Shown piece after piece: positions 1-17,715 of a DNA stretch of 64,000 nucleotides. The position numbers and the translations under genes are program-made. Positions within the stretch are counted from its first letter, which is position 1; each line of letters starts with the position of its first letter. The DNA lies in the NCBI RefSeq assembly GCF_009914755.1, contig NC_060947.1; one strand, written 5' to 3'. The notes under the pieces are model-generated. The model was not told the origin of the DNA and made no database searches. It saw nothing but the letters and a program-made list of their open reading frames with translations. This DNA is from the human T2T-CHM13v2.0 reference genome, Homo sapiens.

Positions 1-3000
1 CCCATAAAGACTAAACAGAAGCTTTCAGATAAAGTTATTTGTGATGTGTGCATTCATCTCACAGAGTTGAAACTTTCTTTTGATTGAGCAATTTGGAAAC
101 AGTCTTTTCGTAGAATCTGCACAGGGATACTTGCGAGCCCTTTATGGCCTATTGTGAAATAAGAAATATCTTCACATAAAAACTAGACAGATGCATTCTG
201 AGAAACATCTTTGTGATGTGTACATTCATCTCTCAGAGTTGAACCTGTCTTTTGATTGAGCAGTTTGGAAACAGTGTTTTTGAAGAATCTGCAAAAGGAT
301 ATTTGGAGCCCTTTTAGGCCTACAGTGAAAAAGGAAATATCTTCACATGAAAACCAGAAAGAAGCATTCTGAGAAACTTCTTTGTGATGCCTGAATTCAT
401 CTCACACGGTTGAACCTTTCTTTTATTGAGCACTTTGGAAACTGTCTTTTTGTACAATTTGCAAATGAATGTTTCCGAGCCCTTTGAGGCCTATGGTGAA
501 AAAGATATATCTACACATAAAAACTAGACAGAAGCATTCTGAGAAACTTCTTTCTGATGCCTGCATTCATCTCACAGAGTTGAACCTTTCTATTGATTGA
601 GCAGTTAGGAAACATTCTTTTCGTAGAATCTGCACAGGGATATTTGTGAGCCCTTTATGACCTATGGTGAAATAGGAAATATCTTCATATAAAAACTGAA
701 CAGAAGCTTTGTGATAAACTACTTTGTGATGTATGCTTTCATCTCACAGAGTTGAACACTTCTTTCCATTGAGCAGTTTGGAAACAGTCGTATTTTAGTA
801 TCTGCAAATGCATATTTGGAGCGCTTTGAGGACTATGGTGAAAAAGGAAGTATTTTCACATGAAAACTAGACAGAAGCATTCTGAGAAACTTCTTTGTGA
901 TGTGTGCATTCATCTCACAGAGTTGAACCTTTCGTTTGATTCAGCAGGTTGGAAACACTCTTTTTGTAGAATCTGCAAATGCATATTTGGAGCACTTTGA
1001 GGCCTATGGTGAAAAAGGAAATATCTTCATATAAAAACTAGAGAGAAGCATTCTGAGAAACTTCTTTGGGATGTGTGCATTCATCTCGCTGAGTTTAACC
1101 TTTCTTTTGACTGAGCAGGTTGGAAACACTCTTTTTGTAGAAACTGCAAATGGATATATGGAGCACTGTGTGGCCTATGGTGGAAAAGGAAATATCTTCC
1201 CATAAAAACTAGTCAGAAGCATTCTGAGAAATTTCTTTGTGAAGAGCGCACTCATCTCACAGAGTTGAAACTTTGTTTTGATAGAGCAGTTTGGAAACAG
1301 TCTTTTTGTACAATCTGCAAAGGGATATTTCCGAGCCGTTTGAGGCCTATGGTGTAAAAGAAATATCTTCACATAAAAACTAGACAGAGGCATTCTGAGA
1401 AACTTCTTTATGATGTGTGCATTCATCACAAAGAGGTGAATCTTTCTTTTGATAGAGCAGTTTGGAAACAGTCTTTTGGTAGAATCTGCATTGGGATATT
1501 TTTGAGCCTTTTAAGGCCTACAATGAAACAGTAAATATTTTCACATAAATGCTACACAGAAGTTTTCTGAGAAACCTCTTTGTGATGTGTGCTTTCATCT
1601 CACAGAGTTGAACCTTCCTTTTGATTGAGCAGTTTGGAAAAAGTCTTTTTGTATAATCTGCAAATGGACATTTGGTGTGCTTTGAGGTCTGTGGTGAAAA
1701 AGGTAATATCTTCACATAAAATCTAGACAGAAGCATTCTGAAAAAATTCTTGTCATGTGTGTGTTCATTTCACAGAATTGAACATTTCTTTTGATGGCGT
1801 ACTTTGGAAACAGTCTTTCTGTGTATCTGCAGAGTGATATTTGTGACCAGTTTAAGGAATATGGTGAAAAAGGAAATATCTTCACATAAAAACTAGACAG
1901 AAGCATTCTGACAAACTTCTTTGTGATGTGTGCATTCATCTCAAAGAGCTAAACCTTTCTTTTGACTGAGCAGTTTCGAAACAGTCCTTTTGTTCAATCT
2001 ATACATGGATATTTGGAGCACTTTGAGACCTATGGTGAAAAAGGAAATATCTACACATAAAAACTAGACAGAAGATTTCTGAGAAACTTCTTTGTGATGT
2101 GTGCATTCATCTCACTGAGGTGAACCTTTCTTTTGATTGAATAATTTGGAAACAGTCTTTTTGTAGAATATGCAAATGTATATTTGGAGCACTTGGAGGC
2201 CTACGGTGAAAAAGGAAGTATCTTCACATAAAAACTAAACAGAAGCATTCTGATAAACTTCTTTATGAAGCCTCTATTCATCTCACAGGGTTGAACTTTT
2301 CTTTTGATTGAACAGTTTGGAAACAGTCTTTTTGTACAATGTGCAAAGGGATATTTCCGAGCCGTTTGAGACCTACTGTGAAAAAGAAATATCTTCACTT
2401 AAAAACTAGACAGAAACATTCTGAGAAACTTCTTTGTGATATGTGCATTCATCTCACAGAGGCGAAACTTTCTTTTGATTGAGCAGTTTGGAAAGAGTCT
2501 TTTCGTAGATTCTGCACAGGGATATTTGTGAGCCCTTTACGGCCTGTGGTGAAATAGGAAATATCATGACATAAAAACTAGACAGAAGTTTTCTGAGAAA
2601 CTTCCTTGTGATGTGATGAATGCTTTCATCTCACAGAGTTGAACTTTTCTTTTCATTGAGCAGGTTGGAAACAGTATTTTTGTAGAATCTGCAAATGGAT
2701 ATTTGAAGCACCTTGACAATTATTGTGAAAAAGGAAATATCTTCACATAAAAACGATATGGAAGAATTCTGAGAAACTTCTTTGTGATGTGTGCATTCAT
2801 CTCACAGAATTGAACATTTCTTTTCATGGAGCAGTTTGGAAAGTGTCTTTTCGTAGAATCTGCACAGGGATATTTGTGAGCCTTTTATGGCCTATGGTTA
2901 AATAGGAAATATCTTCACATAAAAACTAGACAGAAGCGTTCTGACACACTTCTTTGTGATGTGTGCATTCATCTCACAGAGTTGAACCTTTCTTTTGTTG

Positions 3001-6000
3001 GAACAGTTTGGAAACAATCTTTGTAGAGTATCTGCAAAGGGATATTTCTGACCGGTTTAAGGCCTATGGTGAAAAAGGAAATATCTTCACATAAAAACTA
3101 CTCAGACGTATTCTGAGAAACTTCTTTGTGTTGTGTGCATTCATCTCACGGAGTTGAAACTTTCTTTTATGGAGCAGTTTGGAAACATTCTTTTTGAACT
3201 ATCTGCAGAGGGATATTTGTGACCAGTTTAAGGCCTATGGTGAAAAGGGAAATATCTTCACATGAAAAGTAGACAGAAGCCTTCTGAGAAACTTCTTTGT
3301 GATGTGTGCATTCATCTCACAGAGTTGAACATTTCTTTTGATTGAGCAGTTTTGAAACACTCTTTTTGTATAATCTGCAGTTGAATATTTGCTACGTTTT
3401 GAAGCCTATGATGGAAAAGGAAATATCTTCACATAAAAACTACACAGAAGCCTCTGAGAAACTTCTTTGTGATGTGTGCATTCATCTCACAAAGTTGAAC
3501 ATTTCTTTTGATTGAGAAGTTTTGAAATACTCTTTTTGTAGAATCTGCAAGTGGATATTTGGAGCGCATTTAGACCTATGTTGGAAAAGGAAATAACTTC
3601 CCATAAAAACTAGTCAGAACCATTCTGAGAAACTTCTTTGTGTGCATTCAACTCACAGAATTGAACATTTCTTTTGACTGAGCAGTTTGGAAACAGTCTT
3701 TTTGTAGTATCTGCAAAAGTGTATTTCCAGCGATTTGTGGTCTATGGTGGAAAAGGAAATATCTTCAAATAAGAACTAGATAAAAGCATTCTGGGAAACT
3801 TCTTTGTGATGTGTGCATTCATCTCAAAGTGTCGAAACTTTCTTTTAATTGAGTAGTTTTGAAACACTCTTTTTGTAGAGTCTGCTAGTGGATATATGGA
3901 GTGCTTTGCTGCCTGCAGTGGAAAAGGAAATATCCTCACTTAAAAACTAGACAGAAGCCTTCTGAGGAACTTCTATGTGATGTGTGTATTCATCTCACAG
4001 AGCTGAATATTTCTTTTGATTGAGCAGTTGTGAAACACTCCTTTTGTAGAATCTACATGTGGATATTTCGAGAGCATTGAGGCCTATGGTGGAAAAGGAA
4101 ATATCTTCACATAAAAACTAAACAGAAGCATTCTGAGAAACTTCTTTGATATGTGTGAATTCAACTCAGAGAGTTAAACATTTCTGTTGATTGAGCAGTT
4201 TGGAAACCATCTCTTTGTAGTATCTGCAAATGGATATTAGGAGCGCTTTGAGGCTTAAGGTGGAAAAGTAAATTTCTTCCCATAAAAACTAGACAGAGGC
4301 ATTCTGAGAAACTTCTTTGTGATGTGTGCATTCATCTCAGAGAGTTGAAACTTTCTTTTGTTTGAGCAGTTTTGAAACACTCTTTTTGTATAATATGCAA
4401 GTGGATATTTGGAGCGCTACGTGGCCTATGGTGGAAAAGGAAACATCTTCACATAAAAACTAGACAGAAGCATTCTCAGAAACTTCTTTGTTATGTGTGT
4501 ATTAAACTCACATAATTGATCCTTTCTTTTGATTGAGCAGTTTTGAAACACTCTTTTTGTAGAATCTGCAAAGGGATACTTGGAGTGCTTTGAGGCCTAT
4601 GGAGGAAAAGGAAATATCTTCACATAAAAATTAGACAGAAGCATTCTGAGAAACTTCTTTGTGATGTGCACATTCATCTCACAGAGTTGAACCTTCCTTT
4701 TAATTGATTGAGCTGTTTTGAAACACTCTTTTTGTAGAATCTGCAAAGGGATATTTGGAGGGCTTTGAGGCCTATGGTGGAAAAGGAAATATCCTCACAT
4801 AAAAACTAGACAGAAGCATTCTGAGAAACTTCTTTGAGATGTGTGCATTCAACTCACAGAATTAAACCTTTCTTTTGATTGAGCAGTTTGGAAACAGTCT
4901 TTTTGTAGTACCTGCAAATGATATTTGGAGTGCTTTGAAGACTATGGTGAAAAAGGAAATATCTTCACATGAAAACTAGACAGAATCATTCTGAGAAACT
5001 TCTTTTTGATGTGTGCATTCATCGCACAGATTTCAACATTTCTTTTGATTGAGCAGTTTTGAAACACTGTTTTTAAAGAATGTGCAAGTGGATATTTGGA
5101 GTGCCTTGCGGCCTGTAGTGTAAGAGGAAATATCTTTTAAAAAAAACTCGACAGAAGCATTCTGAGAAACTTCTTTGTGATGTGTGCACTCATCTCAAAG
5201 AGCTGAACGTGTCCTTGATTGACCAGTTTGGAAACTGTTTGTACAATCTACAAATGGATATTTCTGAGCTGTGTGAGGCCTATGGTGAAAAAGAAATATC
5301 TACACATAAAAACTAGACAGCAGCATTCTAAGAAACTTCTTTGTGATGCCTGCATTCATCTCACAGAGATGAAACTTTCTATTGATTGAGCAGATTGGAA
5401 ACAGTCTTTTCATAGAATCTGCACAGGGATATTTGTGAGCCTTTGGGGCCTAGTGTGGAAAAGGAAATATCTTCACATAAAAACTACACAGAAGCATTCT
5501 GAGAAACTTCTTTGCAATGTGTGCATTCATCTCACAAAGTTGAAGGTTTCTTCTGATGGAGCAGTTTTGAAACACTCTTTTTGTAGAATCCTCAAGTGGA
5601 TATTTGTAGGGTTTTGAGGCCTACGGTGGAAAAGAAAATATCTTCTGGTAAAAACTACACAGAAGCATTCTGAAAACTTCTTAGGGATGTGTGCCTTCAT
5701 CTCACAGTGTTGAAAGTTTGTTTTGATTGAGCAGTTTGAACCACTCTTTTTCTAGAATCTGCAAGTGGATATTTGGAGGGCTTTGAGGCCTATGGTGGAA
5801 AAGGAAATATCTTCACATAAAAACTACACAGAAGCGTTCGGCAAAACTTCTCTGCAATGTGTGTATTCAGCTCATAGCATTGAACTTATCTTTTGTTTGA
5901 GCAGTTTTGAAACTCTCTTTTTGTAGAATCTGCAATAGGATATTTGGAGCCCTTTGCTGCATATGGTGGAAAAGGAAATATCTTCACATGAAAACTACAC

Positions 6001-9000
6001 AGAAGTATTCTGAGATGTATGCATTCAACGTAAAGAGTTGAGCCATTCTTTTGATTGGGCAGTTTTGAAACACTGTTTTTGTAGCATCTGCAAGTGGATA
6101 TTTGGAGCTCTTTGAGGCCTATTGAAGAAATGGAAATATCTTCACATAAAAACTACACAGAAGCATTGTGAGAAACTTCTTTGTGATGTGTGCATTCATC
6201 TCACAGAGTTGAACATTTTTTTTATTTGAGCAGCTTTGAAACACTCTTTTTCTAGAATCTGCAAGAGGATATTTAGAGCCCTTTTTGGCCTAAAGTGGAA
6301 AAGGAAATATCATCACATAAAAACTACACAGAAGCATTCTGGTTAACTTTTCTGTGATGTGTATATTAAACTCATAGAATTCAACTTATCTTTCAATCGA
6401 ACCATTTTGAATCTCTCATTTTGAAGAATCTGCAAGTGGATATTTGGAGGCGTTTGCAGCCTCTTTTGGAAAAGGAAATATCTTCACATAAAAACTAACC
6501 TGAAGAATTCTGAGAAACTTCTTTTTGATGTGTGCATTCATCTCACAGAGTTGCATCTTTCTTTTGTTTGAGCTGTTTTGAAACAATCTTTTTGTAGAAT
6601 CTGCAAGTGGATATTTGGAGCACTTTGGGGCCTAGTGTGGAAAAGGAAATATCTTCACATAAAAACTACACAGAAGCATTCTGAGAAACTTCTTTGCATT
6701 GTGTGCATTCGTCTCACAAAGTTGAATATTTCTTCTGATGGACCAGTTTTGAAACACTCTTTTTGTAGCATCTGCGAGTGGATATTTGGAGCGCTTTGAG
6801 GCCTATTGTGGAAAAGGTAATATATTCACATAGAAACTACACAGAAGTATTCTGAGAAACTACTTTGAGATGTGCACATTCAACTCACAGAGTTGAACCT
6901 TTGTTTTGATTGAGCAGTTTTGAAACACTGTTTTTGTAGCATCTGCAAGTGGATATTTGGAGCACTTTGAGGCCTATAATGGAAAAGGAAATATCTTCAC
7001 ATAAAAACTACACAGAAGCATTCTGAGAAACTTCTTTGTGATATGTGCATTCATCTCACAGAGTGGAAGATATCTTTTGATGGAGCAGTTTTGAAACACT
7101 CTTTTCATGAAATCTACAAGTGGATATTGGGAGCCCTTTAGGGCCTACTGTGGAAAAGGAAATATCTTCCCATAAAAACTACACTGAAGCATTCTGAGAA
7201 ACTTCTTTGTGATGTGTGCATTCATCTAACACAGTTGAAGATTTCTTTTGATGGAGCAGATTTGAAACGCTCTTTTTATAGTATCTGCAAGTGGATATTT
7301 GGAGCTCTTTCAGGCATATTGTGGAAATGGAAATATCTTCACATAAAACCTACACAGAAGCATTCTGAGAAACTTCTTTGTGATGTGTGCATTCATCTAA
7401 CAGTGTTGAAGCTTTCTTTGGATTGAGCAGTTTTGAAACATCCTTTTTGTAGGATCTGCAAGTGGATATTTGGAGCGCTTTGAGGCCTATTGCGGAAAAG
7501 GGAGTATCTTCACATAAAAACTACACAGAAGCATTCTGCAAAACTTCTTTGTGATGGTGCATTCATCTCACAGAGTTGAAACTTTCTTTCGATTGAGCAG
7601 TTTTGAAACACACTTTTTGTTGAATCTGAAAGTGGATATTTGGAGTGCTTTGAGGCCTATGGTGGAAAAGGAAATATCTTCAGATAAAAACTACACTGAA
7701 ACATTCTGAAAAACTTCTTTGTGTTGTCTGCATTCAACTCACAGCGTTGAACCTATCTTTTGATTGAACAGCTTTGAATTTCTCCTTTTGTAGAATCTGC
7801 AAGTGGATATTTGGAAACATTTGCTTCCTATTTTGGAAAAGGAAATATCTTCACATAAAAAATTACACAGAAAGATTCTGAGAAACTTCTTTGTGAAATG
7901 TGCATTCATCTCATTGAATTGAACCTTTCTTTGAAATGAGCAGTTTTGAAACACTCTTTCTGTGGATTCTGCAAGTTAACATTTGGAGTGCTTTGAGGCC
8001 TATGGTGGAAAAGGAAATATTTTCACATGAAAACTACACAGAATCATTCTGAGAAACTTTTCTGTGATGTGTGCGTTCAACTCACAGAGTTGAAACTTTC
8101 TTTTGATTGAGCAGTTTTGAAACACTGTTTTTGTAGCATCTGCAAGTGGATATTTGGAGGGCTTTGAGGCTTATTGTGGAAAAGGAAATATCTTCACATA
8201 AAAACTACAAAGAAGTATTCTGAGAAACTTCTTTGCATTGTGTGCATTCATCTCACAGAGTAGAACCCCTCTTTGAGCAGTGTGAAACACTCTTTCTGTA
8301 AATTCTGCAAGTGGATATTTGGAGCTCTTTCATGCCTATTGTGATAAAGGAAATATCTTCACATAAAATCTACAAAGAAGCATTCTGAGAATCTATTTTG
8401 TGATGTGTGCATTCATCTCACAGTGTTGAACCTTTCTTTTGTTTGAGCAGTTTTGAAACACTCTTTTTGTAGAATCTGCAAGTAGATATTTGTTGCTCTT
8501 TCAGGCCTATTGTGGAAATGGAAATATCTTCACATGAAACCTACAGAGAAGCATTCCGATAAACTCCTTTGTGATGTGTGCATTCATCTCACAGAATTGA
8601 AACTTTATTTTGATTGCGCAGTTTGGAAACACTCTTTTTGTAGAATCTCCACGTGAATATTTGGAGCGCTTTGGGGCCTATAGTGGAAAAGGAAATATCT
8701 TCACATAAAAACTACACAGAAGCATTCTGAGAAACTTCTTTGTGATGTGTGCCTTCATCTCACAGAGCTGAACCTTTCTTTTGGTTGAGCAGTTGGAAAG
8801 ACTCTTTTTGTAGGATCTCCACGTGAATATTTGGAGCGCTTTGGGGCCTATGGTGGAAAAGGAAATATCTTCACATAAAAACTACACAGAAGCATTCTGA
8901 GAAACTTCTTTTTGATGTGTGCCTTCATCTTACAGAGTTGAAACTTTCTTTTGGTTGAGCAGTTGGAAAGACTCTTTTTGTAAACACCTGCATGTGGATA

Positions 9001-10424
9001 TTTAGAGGCCATTGCGGCCTATTGTGGGAAAGGAAATATCTTCACATAATAACTACACTGAAACATTCTGAGAAACTTCTTTGTGATGTGTGCATTCATC
9101 TCATAGAGTTGAAACTTTGTTTTGATTGAGCAGTTTGGAAACAGTTATTTTTTAGAATCTGTGAGTGGATATTTGGAGCCCTTTGCTGCCTAAGGTGGAA
9201 AAGGAAATATCTTCACATAAAAACTACCCAGAAGCATTTTGAAAAACTTGTTTTTGATGTGTGCATTCATCTCACTGAGTTGAATCTTTGTTTTGTTTGA
9301 GCAGTTTTGAAAAACTCTTTCTGTGGAATCTTCAAGGGGATATTTGGAGCGCTTGGGGCCTACTGTGGAAAAGGAAATATTTTCACATAAAAACAACACA
9401 GAAGCATTCTGAGACACTTCTTTGCAATGAGTGCATTCATCTCACAGAGCTGAAACTTTCTTTGGATTGAGAGTTTTGAAACACACTTTTTATAGGATTT
9501 GCAAGTGGATATTAGGAGCACTTTGAGGCCTATGGTTGAAAGGAAATATCTTCACATAAAAACTACACAGAAGCATTATGTGAAACTATTTTGTGATGTG
9601 TGCATTCAACTCACAGCGTTGAACCTATTTTTTGATTGAGCAGTTTAGAAACACTCTTTTTATAGAATCTTCAAGTGGATATTTGGATAGCTTTGAAGCC
9701 TGTTGTGGAAAAGGAAATATCTTCACATAAAAACTACACAGGAGCATTCTGAGAAATACCTTTGTGATTTGTGCATTGAACCCACAAAGTTGAACCTATC
9801 TTTTGATTGAACAGTTTTGAAACTCTCCTTTTGTAGAATCTGCAAGTGGATATTTGGAGCCCTTTGTGGCCTATTTTGGAAAAGGAAATGTCTTCACATA
9901 AAAACTACCCAGAAGCATTCTGAGAAACTTCTTTGTGATGTGTGCATTCATCTAACAGAGTTGAAATTTTCTATTGTTTGAGCAGTTTTGAAACACTCTC
10001 TTTGTAGAATCTGCAAGTGAATATTTGGAGCACTTTGGGTCCGACTGTGGAAAAGGAAACATCTTCACATAAAAACTACACAGAAGCATTGTGAGAAACT
10101 TCTTTGCTATGTGTGCATTTATCTCACAGAGTTGAAATTTTCTTTTGATGGAGCATTTTGGAAACCTTCTTTTTGTAGAATCTGCAAGTGGATATTTGGA
10201 GCTCTTTCAGGCCTATAGTGGAAATGGAAATATCTTCACATAAAAACTACACAGAAGCATTTTGAGAAACTCCTTTGTGATGTGTGCATTCATCTCACAG
10301 ATTTGAACCTTTCTTTTGATTGAGCAGTTTTGAAACACACTTTTTGTTGAATTTGGAAGTGAAAAATTTGGAGCGCTTTGAGGCTATGGTGGAAAAGGAA
10401 ATATCTTCACATAAGAAATACACA
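1..10424 (+). repeat. Monomeric alpha satellite (ALR/Alpha), ~171-bp divergent A-type (pJalpha) monomers
   Basis: CATTCTGAGAAACTTCTTTGTGATGTGTGCATTCATCTCACAGAGTTGAA and the pJalpha-type box CTATGGTGRAAAAGGAAATATC recur about every 171 bp. Neighbouring monomers are divergent, with no long-range HOR and no CENP-B boxes seen. Confidence 0.97.
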
Positions 10425-11460
10425 GGGGGTTGGAGCCAAGATGGCCAAATAGGAATTGCTCCAGTCTACAGCTCCCAGCATAAGAGATGCAGAAGACAGG
10501 TGATTTCTGCATTTCCACCTGAGGTATTTTGTTCGTCTCACTAGGGATTGCCAGACAGTGGGCACAGGACAGTGGGTGCGGTGCACTGTGTGCGAGCTGA
10601 AGCAGGGTGAAACATTGCCTCACTCAGGAAGCACAAGGGGTCATTGAGTTCCCTTTCCTAGTCAAAGAAAGTGGTGACAAACAGCACCTGCAAATTCGGG
10701 TCACTCCCACCCTAATACTACGCTTTTCCAATGGGCTTAAAAAACGGCACACCAGCAGGTTATATCCTGCACCTGGCTCAGAGGGTCCTATGCCCACGGA
10801 TTCTCACTGATTGCTAGCACAGCAGTCTGAGATCGAACTGAAGGTGGCAGAGAGGCTGGTGGAGGGGCACCTGCCATTTCCCAAGCTTGCTTAGGTAAAC
10901 AAAGCAGGCGGGAAGCTTGAACCAGGTGGAGCCCACCACAGCTCAAGGAGGCCTGCCAGCCACTCTAGGCTCCACCTCTCGGGGCAGGGCACAGACAAAC
11001 AAAAAGACAGCAGTAACTTCTGCAAACTTAAATGTCCCTGTCTGACAGCTTTGAAGAGAGCAGTGGTTCTCCCAGCATGCAGCTGGAGATCTGAGAACGG
11101 GCAGACTGCCTCCTCAAGTGGGTCCCCGAGCCCTGGCCCCTGAGCTGCCTAACTGGGAGGCACCCCGCAGTAGGGGTAGAATGACACCTCACACGGCCGG
11201 GTAATCCTCTGAGAAAAAACTTCCAGAGGAACGATCAGACAGCAGCATTCATGGTTCACAAAAATCTGCTGTTCTGCAGCCACAGCTGCTGGTACCCAGG
11301 CAAACAGGGTCTGGAGTGGGCCTCTAGCAAACTCCAACAGACCTGCAGCTGAGGGACCTGTCTTTTAGCAGGAAAACTAACAAACAGAAAGGATATCCAC
11401 ACCAAAAACCCATCTGTACATCACCATCATCAAAGACCAAAAGTAGATAAAACCACAAAG
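10425..11460 (+). promoter_or_regulatory. L1 5'UTR internal promoter with YY1 site (CAAGATGGCC, 10437-10446) and retained ~129-bp ZNF93-binding segment (~11204-11332)
   Basis: The YY1 motif is intact. The segment ...GGGTAATCCTCTGAGAAAAAACTTCCAGAGGAACGATCAGAC...CCTCTAGCAAACTCCAACAG is present; it is deleted in late L1PA3, L1PA2 and L1HS. Many CpGs have decayed to TG/CA. Confidence 0.8.
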
Positions 11461-12477
11461 AAGGGGAAAAAACAGAGCAGAAAAACTGGAAACTCTAAAA
11501 AGCAGAGCATCTCTCCTCCTACAAAGGAACGCAGCTCCTCACTAGCATCAGAACAAAGGTGGATGGAGAATGACTTTGACGAGTTGAGAGAAGAAATCTT
11601 CAGATGATCAAACTACTCCGAGCTACAGGAGGAAATTCAAACCAAAGGCAAAGAAGTTGAAAACTTTGAAAAAAATTTAGATGAATGTATAACTAGAATA
11701 ACCAATATAGATAAGTGCTTAAAGGAGCTGATGGAGCTGAAAGCCAAGGCTCAAGAACTACGTGAAGAATGCAGAAACCCCAGGAGCTGATATGATCAAG
11801 TGGAAGAAAGGGTATCAGTGATGGAAGATGAAATGAATGAAATGAAGCGAGTGGGGAAGTTTAGAGAAAAAAGAATAAAAAGAAATGAACAAAGCCTCCA
11901 AGAAATATGGGACTATGGGAAAAGACCAAATCTACGTCTGATTGGTGTACCTGAAAGTGACGGGAAGAATGGAACCAAGTTGGAAAACACTCTGCAGGAT
12001 ATTATCCAGGAGAACTTCCCCAATCTAGCAAGGCAGGCCAACATTCAGATTCAGGAAATACAGAGAATGCCACAAAGATACTCCTTGAGAAGAGCAACTC
12101 CAAGACACATAATTGTCAGATTCCTCAAAGTGGAAATGAGGGAAAAAATATTAAGGACAGTCAGAGAGAAAGGTCGGGTTACCCACAAAGGGAAGCCCAT
12201 CAGACTAACAGCGGATCTCTTGGCAGAAACTCTAAAAGCCAGAAGAGAGTGAGGGCCAATATTCAACATTCTTAAGGAAAAGAATTTTCAACCGAGAATT
12301 TCATATCCAGCCAAACTAAGCTTCATAAGTGAAAGAGAAATAAAATACTTTACAGACAAGCAAATGCTGAGAGATTTCGTCACCACCAGGCCTGCCCTAC
12401 AAGAGCTCCTGAAGGAAGCACTAAACATGGAAAGGAACAACCAGTACCAGCCACTGCAAAATCATGCCAAATTGTAT
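11461..12477 (+). pseudogene. L1 ORF1p (RNA-binding chaperone) pseudogene
   Basis: The start ATG is mutated to AAG (AAGGGGAAAAAACAGAGCAG). Premature TGA stops lie at ~11788 and 12250-12252. ORF fragment 11800-12252 (RNEQSLQEIWDY...RPNLRLIGVPE...TPRHIIVRF) is ORF1p. Confidence 0.93.
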
Positions 12478-12540
12478 AGACCATCGAGGCTAGGAAGAAA
12501 CTGCATTAACTAATGAGCAAAATAACCAGCTAACATCATA

Positions 12541-16635
<4,095 letters not shown>

Positions 16636-16874
16636 ACAATGAGAACACATGGACACAGGAAGGGGAACATCACAATCTGGGGACTGTGGCGGGGTGGGGG
16701 GAGGAGGGAGGTATAGCTTTAGGAGATATACCTAATGCTAAATGACGAGTTAATGGGTGCAGCACACCAGCATGGCACATGTATACATATGTAACTAACC
16801 CGCACGTTGTGCACATGTACCCTAAAACTAAAAGTATAATAATAATAAAATTTAAAAAATAAAGAAAAAGAAAA

Positions 16875-17715
16875 GCAGGAAAGCATAGACAGGTGAGCAC
16901 TAGTTTTGTGCCTTCAGTGTCCCTTGAGACATAAGCAGGCTCAGAAATAGAGGCCCAGGTCTGAAAATCTGTAAGAAAGGAGGGGCCAAGAGGCCTTCGA
17001 GTCCGGCAGAGCTTGGAAAAAATCTCATATGGCCACAGGTGAAAAACTGTCCCTAACCACTGCAGAAAAGGAGGGATCCTGACACATACCGGGGTCTTGA
17101 GGTGAAATCTTGCTAGGGAAACATACCAGGAGGAAGACGCACCAGGAGTAGCAAGGCACCACCATGCTGATACCAAGGCCCAAAGCAGTGCATTCCTTTT
17201 ATGGCATTAACTTGGCACAGCCCTAGCATATCATTCTGGCAAAATAAGAAGTAAATCCTCTCTGGAGTGTGAAAATTATTCCAGAGCCCAAAATTGCTTC
17301 TAAAATGCTGTAGGGCAAGTATCAATTTAAATCTATGTAGATATTAAGTGTGTTAAACATACTGTGATTTCAATCAACAAAAACCAAACATACAAAATCG
17401 AGAGAAAAAAACAGCCAACAAAAAGAGACCAAAATAAGTTGCGTATATTGGGCCACTAGTATATGATATGCTGAATGCATTCCATGACAAGGTCAAGAAT
17501 TTTAGCAGAGAACCAGAAACTATAAAAAGAAATCAAACAAATGTCAAATATAAAGTAACTCAAACTGATCACTCAATGGATGAATGTAACGGTAAATTTG
17601 ACAGTTAAATTTCCTCTTGCAAGTGTTCCGCTGGAGGTTTGGTCAGGCCATGAGGCAATTTGTAATAAGTAAAAAGAATAAAATCATTTCTAGAGAAAAC
17701 AAAAAACAAAAAAAA
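16875..17715 (+). other. L1 3' transduction of non-satellite sequence with its own poly(A) signal and tail
   Basis: About 820 bp of non-alpha sequence follows the first A-tail. AATAAA at 17677-17682 is followed by a second A-rich tail at 17696-17715 (AAAACAAAAAACAAAAAAAA), then alpha satellite resumes. Confidence 0.85.

Noticed and set aside
2605-6025. Small indels in monomers (GTGATGTGATGAATG at ~2610, TAATTGATTG at ~4701, ~14-bp deletion at ~6015)
   Set aside because: These are ordinary slippage or microhomology decay in old monomeric satellite.
16679-16711. G-rich, G-quadruplex-like tract
   Set aside because: This is the standard L1PA 3'UTR polypurine tract, not locus-specific.
16670-17325. 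Minus-strand ORFs (168 aa and 70 aa) over the L1 3' end and the transduced segment
   Set aside because: The 168-aa ORF runs through the poly(A) tail and antisense L1 3'UTR. Neither has a recognisable domain, and both are consistent with chance ORFs.
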